Origin: Octopus sinensis
Lineage: Eukaryota
Direction: 5' to 3'
NCBI RefSeq assembly: GCF_006345805.1
Contig: NC_043002.1
Coordinates: 42,780,001-42,844,000 of the forward strand
DNA: 64,000 nt
The number at the start of each line of letters is the position of its first letter. The first letter of the stretch is position 1. This document shows, one piece after another, positions 50,143 to 63,737 of this stretch. The translations under genes were made by a program, and so were the position numbers. The notes under the pieces were generated by a model, which saw only the letters and a program-made list of their open reading frames with translations, made no database searches and was not told where the DNA came from.

Positions 50143-51552
50143 AAAAAACATAAAATGGCAAAAAAAAGAAAAAATTCATTCTGAATTGGTTTCCTATCTG
50201 TTGATTAGCACTTTTCACTTTTTCTAGTAAAATATCAATTATAATTTTTTTTTTAGTTTGTACTTTCTGTATTGTTTTTCTTTCTGTCTTCAATTAGCTT
50301 TTCGTTATTTTTGAAAACAAAGAGTTTAATTTTAAATCAGCAGTGTATATTCCAAGTATTTTGATCATCAGTTTTTCCTTAAAATTTTATGACATTGTTT
50401 TTAAGCATGCAGGTGGCACATAAAAAACACCATTTGAGCATGGCCGTCGCCAGTACTGCCTGACTGGCCCTCAAGCCAGTGCCATGTAAAAGCACCCACC
50501 ACACTCTTGGAGTGGTTGGCGTTAGGAAGGGCATCCAGCTGTAACAACTGCCAGATCAGATTGGTGCCTGGTGCAGCTATCTGGCTCGCCAGTCCTCAGT
50601 CAAACTGTCCAACCCATGCCAGCATGGAAAGCAGACATTAAATGACGATGATGATGATGAGTTGTACATGTAGCCTCATTTACCACTGATTCATTCTTCA
50701 CTGATCTGGGCTAACATGATACACTCAGTTGTGAACCTTGTTTCATTTATCACAGATAGAGGTATGATAACACAGGTAAGCAATCAATCAAATATTCTGC
50801 TTGTACTGGAGAATGCACCCATGCTCAGCTGCCCAGTATGCACTGACCATCATTTGTGTTTACATCTTCATGTTGCAAGTCTACATATTTTTTTTGTATG
50901 GATTTACGGACTCATACGCATCAACATGGTACCAGTGAACAGGAGAAAATACAAAGGCATCTGATCCTAACAAATGATGTAGATGAAGGTATTATTTTTA
51001 CAGAAAAACGTAGAAGTGATCAAGAAAATATATGATAAGGGAAGCTTCACTACTGTGGACTGCAAGTGTGGTATCAATGAATCTACTAATCATTCCATTT
51101 AAAGAATACATGGTGATGACTAATTTATCACTGTGTTTTGTTTTTACCCAAACTCCTGTGATAAACAAGGACAGATGCATTTCTTAGAAAAAAAAAACCG
51201 ATGACAATGGAGATGGCTAATACAGACCATCATCTGATTATATGAATTAACCCTTTAGCATTCAGATTACTCTGTTAAATGTAATACTTATTTATCCACA
51301 TTGTTTTAAAATTAATCATGCTTTATCTCACAGCTTCAAGATTTCAATAATGTGATTACTCTTTACACTTAGACTTGTTTCAGTCATTTGACTGCAGCCA
51401 TGCTGGAGCACCGCCTTTAGTCGAACAAATCAACCCCAGGACTTATTCTGAGTAAGCCTAGTACTTATTCTATCGGTCTCTTTTGCCGAACTGCTAAGTG
51501 ACGGGGATGTAAACACACCAGCATTGATTGTCAAGCAATGTTGTGGGGATAA

Positions 51553-51591
<39 letters not shown>

Positions 51592-51781
51592 CACATATAC
51601 ATATATTCGACAGGCTTCTTTCAGTTTCCATCTACCATATCCACTCACAAGGCTTAGGCTATAGTAGAAGACACTTACCCAAAGTACCACACTGTGGAAC
51701 TGAACCTGTAACCATGTGGCTGGTAAGCAAGCTACTTACCACACAACCACTCTTGCGCCTATTATTTTTAGAATAACAATC

Positions 51782-52263
51782 TCTTTACTCTTTTACTTGT
51801 TTCAGTCATTTGACTGCGGCAATGCTGGAGCACCACCTTTAGTCGAGCAAATCGACCCTGGACTTATTCTTTGTAAGCCCAGTACTTATTCTATCGGTCT
51901 CTTTTTGCCGAACCACTAAGTGACGGGGACGTAAACACACCAGCATCGGTTGTCAAGCGATGGTGGAGGGACAAGCACAGACACACAAACATATACACAC
52001 ACATACATATATATATATATACATATATACGACAGGCTTCTTTCAGTTTCCATCTACCAAATCCACTCACAAGGCATTGGTCGGCCCGAGGCTATAGCAG
52101 AAGACACTTGCCCAAGATGCCACGCAGTGGGACTGAACCCGGAACCATGTGGTTGGTAAGCAAGCTACTTACCACACAGCCACTCCTGCGCCCTCCACAC
52201 AGCCACTCCTGCGCCCTCCACACAGCCACTCCTGCGCCCTCCACACAGCCACTCCTGCGCCCT
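51782..52263 (-). mobile_element. SINE family A with a 4x tandem 23-bp head; tandem with another copy at 51370-51750
   Basis: CCACACAGCCACTCCTGCGCCCT repeated four times at 52172-52263. Confidence 0.88.
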
Positions 52264-52749
52264 GGGGAGGTAGGTATGAGAAACCAGATCTGGCCAGTTT
52301 GAACATAAAACATAGAATATTTGGGCTGGATATGGCTGGTTTCAATGCTAAATGGTTGAATATCTAGTTTTTATTCTTCATGTTCTGAGTTCAAATCCCA
52401 CCAGAATCCAGTTTCAAGTGTTCCATTTTGGTAGAATAACAACCCGTAGTATACTGATGTTATCTTCATCAACTTTATATCTTTCTTTCAGCAACTGAAT
52501 GTTAAAAAGATGCCATTAGCAGCATTATCAAGAATTGCAATGGACTCTTTATGCAAATATGCTACTGTGTGTGCAAGAATTATAATTTCCATTCTGTGTA
52601 TTCTAAATAATTATTTGTATTGATTATAATTCTATTGAAAATTATGTTCAACACCATGTTACTTATTTAAACCCTGTGAAATATAGGCCATTGACAGTTT
52701 TCCTCCACTGTTCTTGACTATGGGTAGTCTTTTCTGCCGCTCTCTAGTT

Positions 52750-53406
52750 CAGTGGTTCCCAACCTTTTTATTTAAATGAGTACTCCCATGGACCCCTTTT
52801 AATATGCTTATCCTTATGTATGTATGTGTGTGTATATATATATATATATAAATACAAGGGTAACAATTATTAAAATAATAATTTATACCAGTGGGTAGCA
52901 TGCATAATAAAAATCAGAAGACATAAACATTTTTATAATATGAGTTTATAAAAAATTGTACATGGTGAGAAGCATATAAGAAGTTCACATGGTGGTCTTC
53001 TCTCCATGTATAAATTTTTATACACTCTTATATGATTATATATGTATAATATAATATAATATAATATAATATATATATATATATATATTTTTTTTTTTTC
53101 AATATGTGACCGCGTGTGTATCGTTGGCAATTTTCTTTCTCCGTCTTCCCTTCCTTGGAATTTTCCTTTTTTCTATATTTCTGACGAAGAGCTTTGCTTC
53201 AAATGTTAAATCCTCCTTCTTTCGTAGCGTCCAATAACACTATACTTGTTCCACGTCCTCGCATTGTTGTGTTTTCTCTTTGTTCTTGTTTGGATTTACT
53301 ATACATATATATATATATATATGAAATTTTGAATTTAGTTCACAGACACCCAGTTCTACCTTTGCGGACCACTAGCCATCCGTGGATCCCTGGTTGGGAA
53401 CCACTG
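52750..53406. mobile_element. hAT/Charlie-type MITE with nested repeats
   Basis: TIRs CAGTGGTTCCCAACC and GGTTGGGAACCACTG. Flanks CTCTAGTT and CTCAGTTG form a near-TSD. Confidence 0.75.
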
Positions 53407-53699
53407 CTCAGTTGGATCCCTGCATTTGTAGCTCTCCCTCAGTATCCCACCTCCAGCTACTTTTAGGGCATCCTGTCTTCCATCTCCCTTCTGGGTTTCA
53501 GGTCAGAGTCTGATGTGTAATGCAGAGAGGATATTGGTTTCTTTTTGGATTTTGCTGCCCTGTGTCTCCCTGAGAATAGGCTTTCCTCTCCCAGGTTTTG
53601 TAGGTTTTGAATTGTTATTGATGCTTCTGTTACTTTGTTTTTTTCTGGATAGGAGTTTTGGCCCTAAGCAAGCCCATTTTTACCTCTGGGAATTGTTTG

Positions 53700-53938
53700 G
53701 TTAGTCCACATTACTCCACATGGGGCCAGTTTCTCAGTTTCTTTGGCGTATATATTCCCTCCTTGATGGGACAGTAATCTGTTGCAGCATTACTCATTTT
53801 TACAAGTTGAGTGGAATTGAGCAATGTGAAACGGTGTTTTGGTCAAGAACACAATGCATCGCCCAGTTTAGGAATCAAAACCACAATTTTACAATCACAA
53901 GTCCAACACCCTAACCACTGAGCCATGCGTTTCCACAC
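53700..53938 (-). mobile_element. tRNA-derived SINE family C
   Basis: Minus-strand head GCATGGCTCAGTGGTTAGGGTG...TTTGATTCC. Related to 59438-59985 (+). Confidence 0.7.
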
Positions 53939-56084
53939 ATCTGGGAAGTGGTGGTTCATATTTGTCTGATTGCTATTCTTTGATCTGTCCACATGGGAGG
54001 TTCTGTCAAGAAAGTTTGCTCCAGGTCGGCCCCAGCCTTGATGAAGCTGACCTCTAATCTAAAGCATTTGAACCATGGTTGTCTCATTTTTTCCCCCTAA
54101 GTTTCGGAGACCCAGGACCATATTATCCAATATGCTTGTTTCTAAGACTTGAATTTAATTTGGTTGATCTTTCTAACAGGTCAAGTGATCAAGTAAAGGC
54201 TCACTTGGTTTGTATAATGACAAGATGGCAGCAAAGATATTAAGTACCAGACTAAATGTGCTTTCAACAAAGTATATCTGTGTTCTTAAGTTTGAGTCTT
54301 TTACGATTGACACTATCATCTCTTTAGCATTCTGGGATCAATTCATGTGGCTGTTACTTTTCTAACAGCACCATCCAAGCGGGATCACTGCCAGAGCAGC
54401 TGTCTGGCTTCCGTGCCGGTGGGCACGTAAAGAGCACCATTTGAGCGTGATCGTTACCAGCGTCGCCTTACTGACACTTGTGCCGGTAGCACGTAAACAA
54501 AACATTCGAGCGAGGTCGTTGCCAGTGCCGCTGGCCTGACTCCTGTGCAGGTGACACGTAAAAAACACCATTTTCGAGCGTGGCCGTTGCCAGTACCGCC
54601 AGACTGGTCCTCGTGCTGGTGACACGTAAAAGCACCCACTACACTCTCGGAGTGGTTGGCGTTAGGAAGAGCATCTAGCTGTAGAAACTACCAGATCAGA
54701 TTGGTGTCTCGTGCAGCCATCTGGTTCGCCAGTCCTCGGTCAAATCGTCCAACCCATGCCAGCATGGAAAGCGGACGTTAAACGAGGATGATAATAACAG
54801 TTATGTAGTTACTCGAAAGATATCTGCATTTCTAAAAGTTCTGTGATTAGTTGCTGATACAACACCACACACTCACATGAACACATACACGCACTCGTGC
54901 TTGGCTAGCATGGCTGTATGTTTGTTTGCTTTCCAACCATGTGGTTTCACTGTATGGCACTGTGGGCAAGTATCTGTTACTGTAGCCCCAGGCCAATCAA
55001 GGCCTTGTATGTGTGTTTGGTAGATGGAAACTGAAAGCATACTCATGTGTTTGTATCTTCTTAAATTGATGTCAAACTATAGTCGTAAATGAGTGCCACC
55101 ATCATACAAGCGCTGTCCTTTGTTTCCAATCTTCTGTGGAAACATGTCTTAACCAAATATTTTTTTTACTTGTGTCAGTTATTAGACTGTGGCCATTCTG
55201 GGGTACCGCTTTGAAGAATTTTTAAACGAATGAATCGATCCCAGTACATTTTTTAAAGCATGGTATTTATTCTATTGACCTCCTTTGCTGAGCCGCTAAG
55301 TTATGGTGACGTAAACACACCAACACTGGTTGTCAAGCGGTGGTGGTAGGCAAACACACACACATACACACACGTATATGACGGGCTTTTTGTTTCCATC
55401 TACAAAATCTGCTCAAAAGGCTTTGGTGGGTATGCGGCTACAGTAGAAGACGCTTGCCCATGGTTCCACGCAGTGGGACCAAACTCAGAATCATGTGGTT
55501 AGGAAACACACTTCTTACCACACAGCCACACCTGTGCCTGTCTGGTCGTGGTGGAAATACTACCTTGCTTGGAGACAGGTGAGGATAAACGACAGGAAGG
55601 GCATCTGGTCATCCTAAATCTACCTTGGGGAAAGATTCCGTCTAATCCATGCACGCATGGAAAAATGGACGTTAAAACAGTTATTTTATTTATTTATATA
55701 TGTATGTCAACAAGGTTACCATCAGGCTATATAAATTTGTTGACATAGCAATAAACAATGAATTTAAATAGCTTGTTGTTGACTAATTTTGCTTTGCTAA
55801 TAGAATATCTTCTTCACCAAACACTTTTGTAGGTCATTGTAAGATTGCTACATGAACTAGGTAATGTTATTATCTCAATGTTTCAAATATATAATGGAAA
55901 GATATTTTTATTGAAACGATCTTAGTTCAGGATTGGTAGATTTAATTAAATATTTTTTTCATTGAACCTGGAAAGATAAAAGACAAAGTTAATTTCAGTT
56001 GTATTTGAAGTCAGACAAGTAAGTTATATATATATATAATGTTTGTATATATATTTATATATATATATATATATGTTTGTTCCA

Positions 56085-56290
56085 TGTCTGGCTCATAAGG
56101 GCCCGTTTAGCGTTTTGGTTCCCCACCTGGGGAGAAAAGAGTGAGAGAAAGTTGTGGCGAAAGAATCAACAGAAGTTCGCCATTACCTTCTGCCGGAGCC
56201 GCGTGGAGCTTAGGTGTTTCGCTCATAAACACACACGTCGCCCGCTCTGAGATTCGAACCCGCGAGTCCGCTGCTCCAGCCATGTGCCTC
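56085..56290 (-). mobile_element. tRNA-derived SINE (further family)
   Basis: Minus-strand head with B box GGTTCGAATCTC, followed by a non-tRNA body. Confidence 0.65.
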
Positions 56291-56346
56291 TACATAATCG
56301 ACAGAGGCAGTATTAATACTGAGAGGTAATATTTATTCCCACTTAA

Positions 56347-56656
56347 ACGTGGCTGTTCTGTTAAAACAAACTTTACTGCGAAAGAAACTCCTATAGAGGC
56401 ATTTTGGTGCACAATGCACACTTGTTTATATCGCTAGCAGGGAGATAAATCTCCACCAACTCTGCGCCGAGATCACCAGACCATATAATTCCGACCTTCC
56501 TTGGTTTCATCGGTTATGGTCTCGACACTGGAGTTGGACATTTATCTCCCCGCAAAGTGATATAAACAAGCGTGCATGTTGCACTAAAAGCCTATATGAG
56601 AATTTCTGTCAGGGTATTCTAACATAATAAAGTTTGTTTTAACAGAACATCCACGT
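56347..56656. mobile_element. 310-bp foldback MITE flanked by TTAA
   Basis: TTAA-ACGTGG(C/A)TGTTCTGTTAAAACAAACTTTA...TAAAGTTTGTTTTAACAGAACATCCACGT-TTAA, with imperfect pairing along most of its length. Confidence 0.75.
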
Positions 56657-56943
56657 TTAAATCTGATTTCTGTAAGAAAGACATTTAGTTGGACACTTTT
56701 GTAATGTGATTGTGATAACAGTAAAAAAAACCCCCCAAAACTCGTGGCCATACAATAACTCATGGAATTTTATAAAAAGCTGGTTCAATTAATTCACTAA
56801 ACTAACCGATTCAGAAGAGAGTAATATTCAGAATTAATTTCAAAACATTAAGAATTTTACAATTTCTCTTTAATACCAACGCATCAGAGGCCACTTCTGA
56901 TTCTATGATCCCAAACCACCCATTCTAAGTATTATTTCTAAAT

Positions 56944-57670
56944 CAGTGATTCTCATCCAGGATCCATGTGAACCCCTGAGGCCCCATATAAGATTTTGGA
57001 GGGGTCCACGCTGGCAAAATAGTAAACTGGGGGATAAGATTTTGTTCTAGACGTATTTGTGTATTGCAAGAAATAGTTAGGTTTCTTTCTCTAACGTTTT
57101 ACATACGTGAACGTGTGAAAGAAATAGGAATTTTGAAAGAAGTGTCTATGAAACTAGGCGCAGACGTGGCTAGGTGCTAAGAAGTTTGCTTCCCAACTAC
57201 ATGGCTCCTGGTTCAGTCCCACAGCGTGGCACCTTGGGCTACTATAGCCTCGGACCGACCAAAGCCTTGTGAGTGGATGTGGTAGACGGAAACTGAAAAA
57301 AGATCGTCGTATACATACATACATACACACACGCACACACGCATATATATATACATATATTGTGTGTCTTTGTATCTGAGGATGTCCCTTACCACTGCTT
57401 GACAACTGGTGTTGCTGTGTTTACGTCCCCGTAACTTAGTTGTTCGCCAAAAGAGACCGATAAAATAAGTACCAGGCTTAAAAAAACAATAAGTACTGCA
57501 GTCGATTCATTCGCCTAAAAATTTTTCAAGGCGGTGCCCCAGCACGGCCGCTGAAACAAATAAAAGATAAATGATAAACTAGCATTTAAACGTAAAATGG
57601 CTATGGGGATCCACCAGAATAAAATAGTAATCAAGGCAGTCCTTAGGCAAAAAATGGTTGAGAACCACTG
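56944..57670. mobile_element. hAT-type MITE containing a SINE A (57158-57580, +)
   Basis: TIRs CAGTGATTCTCA and TGAGAACCACTG. Flanks TTCTAAAT and ATTTAAAT match at 6 of 8 positions. Confidence 0.7.
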
Positions 57671-58419
57671 ATTTAAATTGAGACCATCTACCATAATTTA
57701 TATAATGAAATATTTGTTAAGTTATTAAAAAAAAAACCCTGCTTAATCATCCTTTCTACTAAAAGCACAAAACCTGAATTTTTTTTTTTTTTTTTGTGGG
57801 GCAGGGGAACGAGTCGATTGGATCGACTCCAGTGTTTCACTGGTACTTGATTTATCAGCCCCAAAAAGATTAAAGCGAAAGTCGACCTCGACGGAATTTG
57901 ATCTCAGAATGTTAAGACGGACGAGATACCGCTAAATATTTTTGTTAGCGCGGTAACGATTCTGCCAGCTCCCCGTCGTTACTCCGGTTAAATAATGAAA
58001 TAGCTATTTAACTAAATTCTTCAAATTGCTGACTGTTTTTTAAAATTAATGAAATATAAGCAGTGTATTTCATCTGAAATATGATAGTAAAAAGATTAGA
58101 TAATACAACCTTTCTTCATTATCTGTAAAGAAAACTGCTGATTCGTCATGTCTCTTCTAATTGGTATCTAATTTGTTCTCTATCTTTAGTAATCTGTTAA
58201 TGACTATAGTTAAGAATTCTTGATGCTTCAGATATGATCTTAAGGGAACAAAATAACAGAACTGAAAGCTTGTACATACTTTAAAGATCCTTTAAAATTG
58301 GACAATTTTATTACATGCAAACAAATGTAATATATTTGGTGGTTGTTACAATTCATTTTAATTGTGCTTTTAAAAATATGTTAGTAATTTTTGTTTTATC
58401 TCTTTGTGGCTTTGTGGTT

Positions 58420-59010
58420 AAAAAACTTGTTTTGCAAGAATATGGTTTCGGGTTCGGTTCCACTGCATGACACCTTGGGCAAGTATCTTCTATCGTAATC
58501 CCAGGCCAATCAAAGCGTTGTGAGTGGATTTGGCAGATGGAAACTGAAAGAAGCCATCGTACATATAAATGTGTTTGTGTGTGTGTGTGTATCTTTGTGT
58601 TTGTCTCCCACCACCACCACTTGATAACCGGCGTTGGTTTGTTTACAACACTGTAACTTAGCAGCTCAGTAAAGAGACCAATAAAATAAGTACTAGGTTT
58701 AAAAATTAACTACTGGTGACTATTTTTTCGACTAGATCCTTCAGGGTCGTGCCTTAGCATGGCTGGGATCCCATGACTGAAACAAGTAAAAGATAAAAGA
58801 TATATGTGTGTGTGTTACCTTTGTGTGTCACTATTTGTTTCCCCTTACTCGCTTGACAACAGGTGCTAGTTTGTTTACGCCCCTGGAACGTAACAGTTCA
58901 ACAAAAGAGACCAGGGTTAAAAAATAAGTATAGGGGGCCGATCTCTTCAAATAAAACCCTTGAAGGCGATACCTCAGTATGGCTGCAATCCATTGACTGA
59001 AACTAGTAAA
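58420..59010 (+). mobile_element. Two tandem SINE family A copies
   Basis: 58420-58800 is near full length, 58810-59010 is the 3' half. Confidence 0.75.
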
Positions 59011-59437
59011 AGATAAAATATACCAATAAAGTGAGATATAGAAAAAGTGGTGAAGCACCGTGTGGTATGTAATTAGATTCCTTTATGATCAAGGTTTAAA
59101 TTTCATAAAGTTCAACTTCACCTTCGTCTCCTAGGAAATTATAAAATGCAAATGTGTACAAGTCATATACCAAGTATTAATTCTTTAGAAATGCTTAGCC
59201 ATGTGCCCAAATTATAAATCATTAAAAAGGAAGAGGAAAATAGTTGTGTGTTCTAGAGGACAAGAACTAGCCATAATCGTACCAAGACCATTGTACGATT
59301 TCAATGTCCAGCTGAAACTATTTTCACTTCCGTTTAGCTGTTACAACTGTTTGAAAAGGAGTGAACGTCGCCAAATAAAATTTTCTCTCTCTTATGAAAT
59401 CACTTTTTAAATATACAATTCATTCAGTGTCTGAGGC

Positions 59438-59985
59438 TGAAGGTGCATGGTTCAGTGGTTAGAGCATCGGGCTCACAACCAGGAAGTAGTGAGTTTGATT
59501 CTCGGACTGGGCTGTGTGTTGTGTTTACTTCACGTTACTCCAGTTCACTTAGCTGTAGAAATGAGCTGCGATGTCACTGGTAGTAAGCTGTATTAGCCTT
59601 TGCCGTTCCCTTGGGTAACATCAGTGGCGTGAGAGGGGAGACTGGTATACATGGGCAGAAACGCTAGCACGCCGGATGAAATGCTTAGCTGTATTTCGTC
59701 TGTCGTTACGTTGTGAGTTCAAATTCCGCCGAGGTTGACTTTGCCTTTCATCCTTTCGGGGTCGATAAATTAAGTACCAGTTCCGCACTGGGGTCGATAC
59801 CTATGTCTGTCCTTGTTTGTCCCCTCTATGTTTAGCCCCTTGTGGGTAATAAAGAAATTGGTATACATGGGCAACTGCTGGTCTTCCACAAATAACCTTG
59901 CCTGGACTTGTTCCATGGAGAGGAACTTTCTAGGTGCAATCCCATGGTCATTCATGACCAGAGGGGGTCTTTACGCTTTACCCAG
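59438..59985 (+). mobile_element. SINE family C split by a young SINE B (59658-59858)
   Basis: Perfect 15-bp TSD TGGTATACATGGGCA at 59643-59657 and 59859-59873. Confidence 0.85.
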
Positions 59986-60264
59986 TGTCTGAGCGTGTAT
60001 GAAAGTATCAGAAAATCTCATTGGCACTGTTTCTCCTCTGGCTTTATTATTTTAAAATATTCTTTATTTTTCTTATTGTAATAACTAAAAGAAAAATCAA
60101 TTTGGTGTTCCTGAATATAAAATAAATCAAAAGTTATTTCAAATTATTACATAACTAATGGAAATGTACGTTTTCTAAGAAAGCTAAATCGTGAATAAAT
60201 ATTTTTGTTTAATTTTCAGATAAATAAAAATGAATCCTCTTTCAGAATGACTTTTTATTGAACG

Positions 60265-60620
60265 GTTCATCATTTCCGCTCGCTATTCTGGGAATGTCGT
60301 TCGGGGTAGAGTCCTCAAGAATCTCCTCCATAGGCTCATATCAGAAGCAACCGTCATTACACTTTCCGGCAGGATACCCAAGTGTGACCAACTGGGACTA
60401 TGGATATTATCCACCCATTTCGTTCTTTGGTTTCCTGCCGTTTGACCTGGTTTCAATCCATGTTGCAGTTCTTTCCTACGGCATTCTAATCACATGTCCA
60501 TAATATCGGTGCTGTAACCTCTGAATGCAGAGAAGTAGCGGCTCGACCCCAAGAGACTTGCTGATCTCTGAACTACAAGCCCTATCTAGTAACGTTACTC
60601 CAGAGATCCTTCAGAGGAGT
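60265..60620 (-). mobile_element. Diverged RTE/Expander-type LINE 3' fragment
   Basis: Minus strand reads HRYYGHVIRMP followed by a degenerate GRP-like segment and an Expander-like tail. Confidence 0.55.
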
Positions 60621-61476
60621 CCCATTTTGGCCACTTGTTTTTACAATCGTACTTTTTTGGTCATTACCCAACATTCATGATCATAGGTGACGACATGCAC
60701 AGAAACTGAATTGGGATTAGCTAAGAAAAACCAATTGTTTTGTTAAATGACCAATCTGTTGCTTCTTGACCACCAAAGTTACACTATCAAATGTAAATGG
60801 AAGTTTTAGGATATATTGATATATTACTTGATTAATCTGGGGGACTAATTGTTAATCGCTTGCTTCAGTTTGTTCAACTGGCCAAACTGTTAAAGGTGAC
60901 CACTTTGTGACTGAAGGGTGCATTTAGTAGCTGTTGTAGTTTTTCTGAAGTGTGATGGCTTATGGAAGTGCAAGAGATTTTCCGTTTTTTTTTTGTGTGT
61001 TCTGGAGTCCAGGTGGCAACTAGAATGGTTTTCTTTTGTGTGTTCTGGAGTCCTGGTGGCAACTAGAATGAAATGTTATTGACTTCCAATACATACATAC
61101 ATACATACATACATAGTCATACACAGACGCACACAGACGTATCAAAGCGTCCACGAAACTTTAAGCAACATGAGAAACTAAGTCAACCTGTTACTCAGCT
61201 ATATGAATTGAATGCTACTTCCAGTTGTTTGTTCACACAACAAAGAGAGACAGACAGAGAGAAAAGGAGAGAGAGGGGTTATACCTGAAGTGTTATAACT
61301 TTTACTCTATTTTATTCATTTTCTGAGTGTCAACCTAATTATATTAACTGAAAGATACCTTGGATTTTTGTTGCTTTTTGTTATTTATTTTGTATTTTTT
61401 ACACACACACATATACTTACACACTATATATGTGCCTGTATGTATGCATATGTCTGTCCCTCTCCCTCTCTCTTAC

Positions 61477-61534
<58 letters not shown>

Positions 61535-63623
61535 GCGCAGGCATGGCTGTATAAGTTTGTTAGCCAACCATATGGTTTTGGGTTCAGTCCCATTGTGTCG
61601 CACACAGTGTGTGTGTGTGTGTGTGTATTTATTTTACTGTCTCCAATCCCTGATTTCGCATGATATTTGTAGAGTACCACCATCATGCAAACTCTGTCCT
61701 TCGCTTCAAATATTACGTGAAAACAGGCGGCAGGAAGGGCTTCCAGCCATAGAAAATCTGCTGCAACAAATTCCGACCGATCCATGTGAGCACGGAAAAA
61801 TAAACTGAACCTGAAACAATGAGGTTGGAAAGTAAATTTTTTACCACACAGCTATGCCTGTGCTTTTATGAAGAGCGCAACGCAATTGTGACCCCTCATT
61901 GATCGCAATAACTAAATATTTCTCTCTAATTTTCGCACAAAGTCAGTAATATTGATGGGAAGGTAAGTTGATTTCATTGGCTCTAGCGCTCAACTTGATA
62001 GAATGGCAAAGTCAATCGCAACGGTATTTGAACTCAGAACGCGAAGACCTGGAAGAAATGTCTTTGAGCAATTAATTCGGTGCGCTAACGATTTGCCTCA
62101 AAAGGGCGAAAAGTTCACAAAGCCAACAAGCCTGAAAAGTTTTGGTAGGCATTATAATATAATTACAACTGTAATAAAAATCCTTAAGGCAGAACAACAA
62201 AAATCCTTAAATCAGAACAGCAAAAGTCAATAACAACTTAAGAGCTCCAACACAACGTCTTTCTCTTGTAAGCACAATAATAATCTTTTTTAATACAGGT
62301 ACAAAACCTGAAATTTGGGCGGAGTGAGTAGTCGATACTTATTGATCATCAGGATTTGATTGGTATTTATTTACTTAATCGAGTCTGAAAAGATAAAAAG
62401 TGACATCAGTTGCATTTGAACCCAGAATGTAAAAAGCCGGAAGAAAATGTTGCTAAGCGTTTTAACTGGTGTGGTAATGAATCTGCTAGCTCGCCACCAT
62501 CAAGGCTGTCCATAAATAATAAAATACAAAGAAAAAGGGAGGTGGCAAGAAAGAGAGATAAACAGACAAACATATTCATATCATTCATGGCATATAGAAA
62601 AATGTAACCCCTCTCTTCACCCAGCATTTATTTTACCTTCTAAATTGGGATTAGGATTTCAAAAGATTGGGGTAGCGTCGAAATACTATTAGTTTGTGGA
62701 ATTATAAATATTGTGAGAGAGAACAACTAGCTCTTGTTGATGAAATTCCTGTTTAGAATAGAGGTGTTGTCTGTTATCATATACACGTCTTTCAAAGCGC
62801 CTTCAGTGACAAAAAAAAAAAAATAAGAAAAGAACTAAAAAATCTCGAGAACATTCGTGTGCACATATAGGTTGTGTCCGTGTGTAATGATGTGTGTGGT
62901 TGTGTCTATTTGTAATGATGTGTGATACGTGTATGTTTATGTATGTGTTCATGATACGTGTATGTGTGTGTTAGCGTACGCGCGTACGTGGTTGTATTCA
63001 TGTGTAATGATGTATGTGTGTACGTTAACCAAATATGAAATGAATGGAAATTGTTTGATTGGCTTGCTAGAACAGATATATTTTATATTAGACCTTATAC
63101 AATCAAGACTTGTGACTTAGAGTTGTTATTGAAGTATGGTATGCTGAATATCTCTCGTTGTGAGACTTACAAATAATAATTTTCTACGGCGTATGCACTT
63201 CAATTCTACATAGAAAGAATAAAAAGAGACGAAGAAATATAGATCTCCGTACAAGAAATATGAGGGACTAAGAAAATGTTAAAAATAATGGCGTTGTTTA
63301 ACATTAGGTCAGCGCTGATCGATCAGACCGATTATCAAAACATTCCAGCCGTAATCATCTCATCTTTACACATATTTATTGTATACGCAGACTACATTAT
63401 CCAATGTATTTTCCTTTAAAAACATCATAGGTCAGGCGTGGCTGTGTGGTTAAGAAGCTTGCTTCCCGATCACGTGATCTTCGGTTCAGTCCCACTTCAC
63501 GTCAGCTTAGGCAAGTGTCTTCTACTGTAGTCCCTGGCCGACCAAAGCCGTTTGAGTAGATTTGGTAGACGGGAACTGACAGAAGCCCGTCGGATATATA
63601 TATAATATATATATATATTAAAT

Positions 63624-63737
63624 TCTCTGAAGAGGCCGTGAAACATCCTTGTTAATGTCTCATTTATACCTGCTTTATATGGCTAATAGGTTAAATGAGA
63701 CATACTTGTCCTCATGGCCGAAACAGCTGTCAGATAT
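63624..63737 (+). ncRNA. Type I hammerhead motif with a greatly extended stem II, in a Penelope-like terminal-repeat fragment (about 63620-63900)
   Basis: CTGAAGA (63627-63633), stem II GGCCGTGA/TCATGGCC enclosing a 12+4-bp hairpin, GAAA (63720-63723), palindromic CAGCTG, GUC triplet ending at 63731, stem I TCT/AGA. Confidence 0.75.

Noticed and set aside
50756-50775. 20-nt AG...GTAAGC-bounded candidate micro-exon downstream of CUL1
   Set aside because: It lies after the stop and the likely polyA signal, has no partner exons, and such motifs occur by chance.
50940-51230. Possible Tigger/pogo N-terminal HTH relic (VEVIKKIYDKG...CGINEST)
   Set aside because: Too short and degenerate, with no TIRs found; not supportable without a profile search.
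56230-56290. tRNA-like sequences with A/B boxes (also 53880-53938, 59445-59520)
   Set aside because: No complete cloverleaf, and they continue into repeat bodies, so they are SINE heads rather than tRNA genes.
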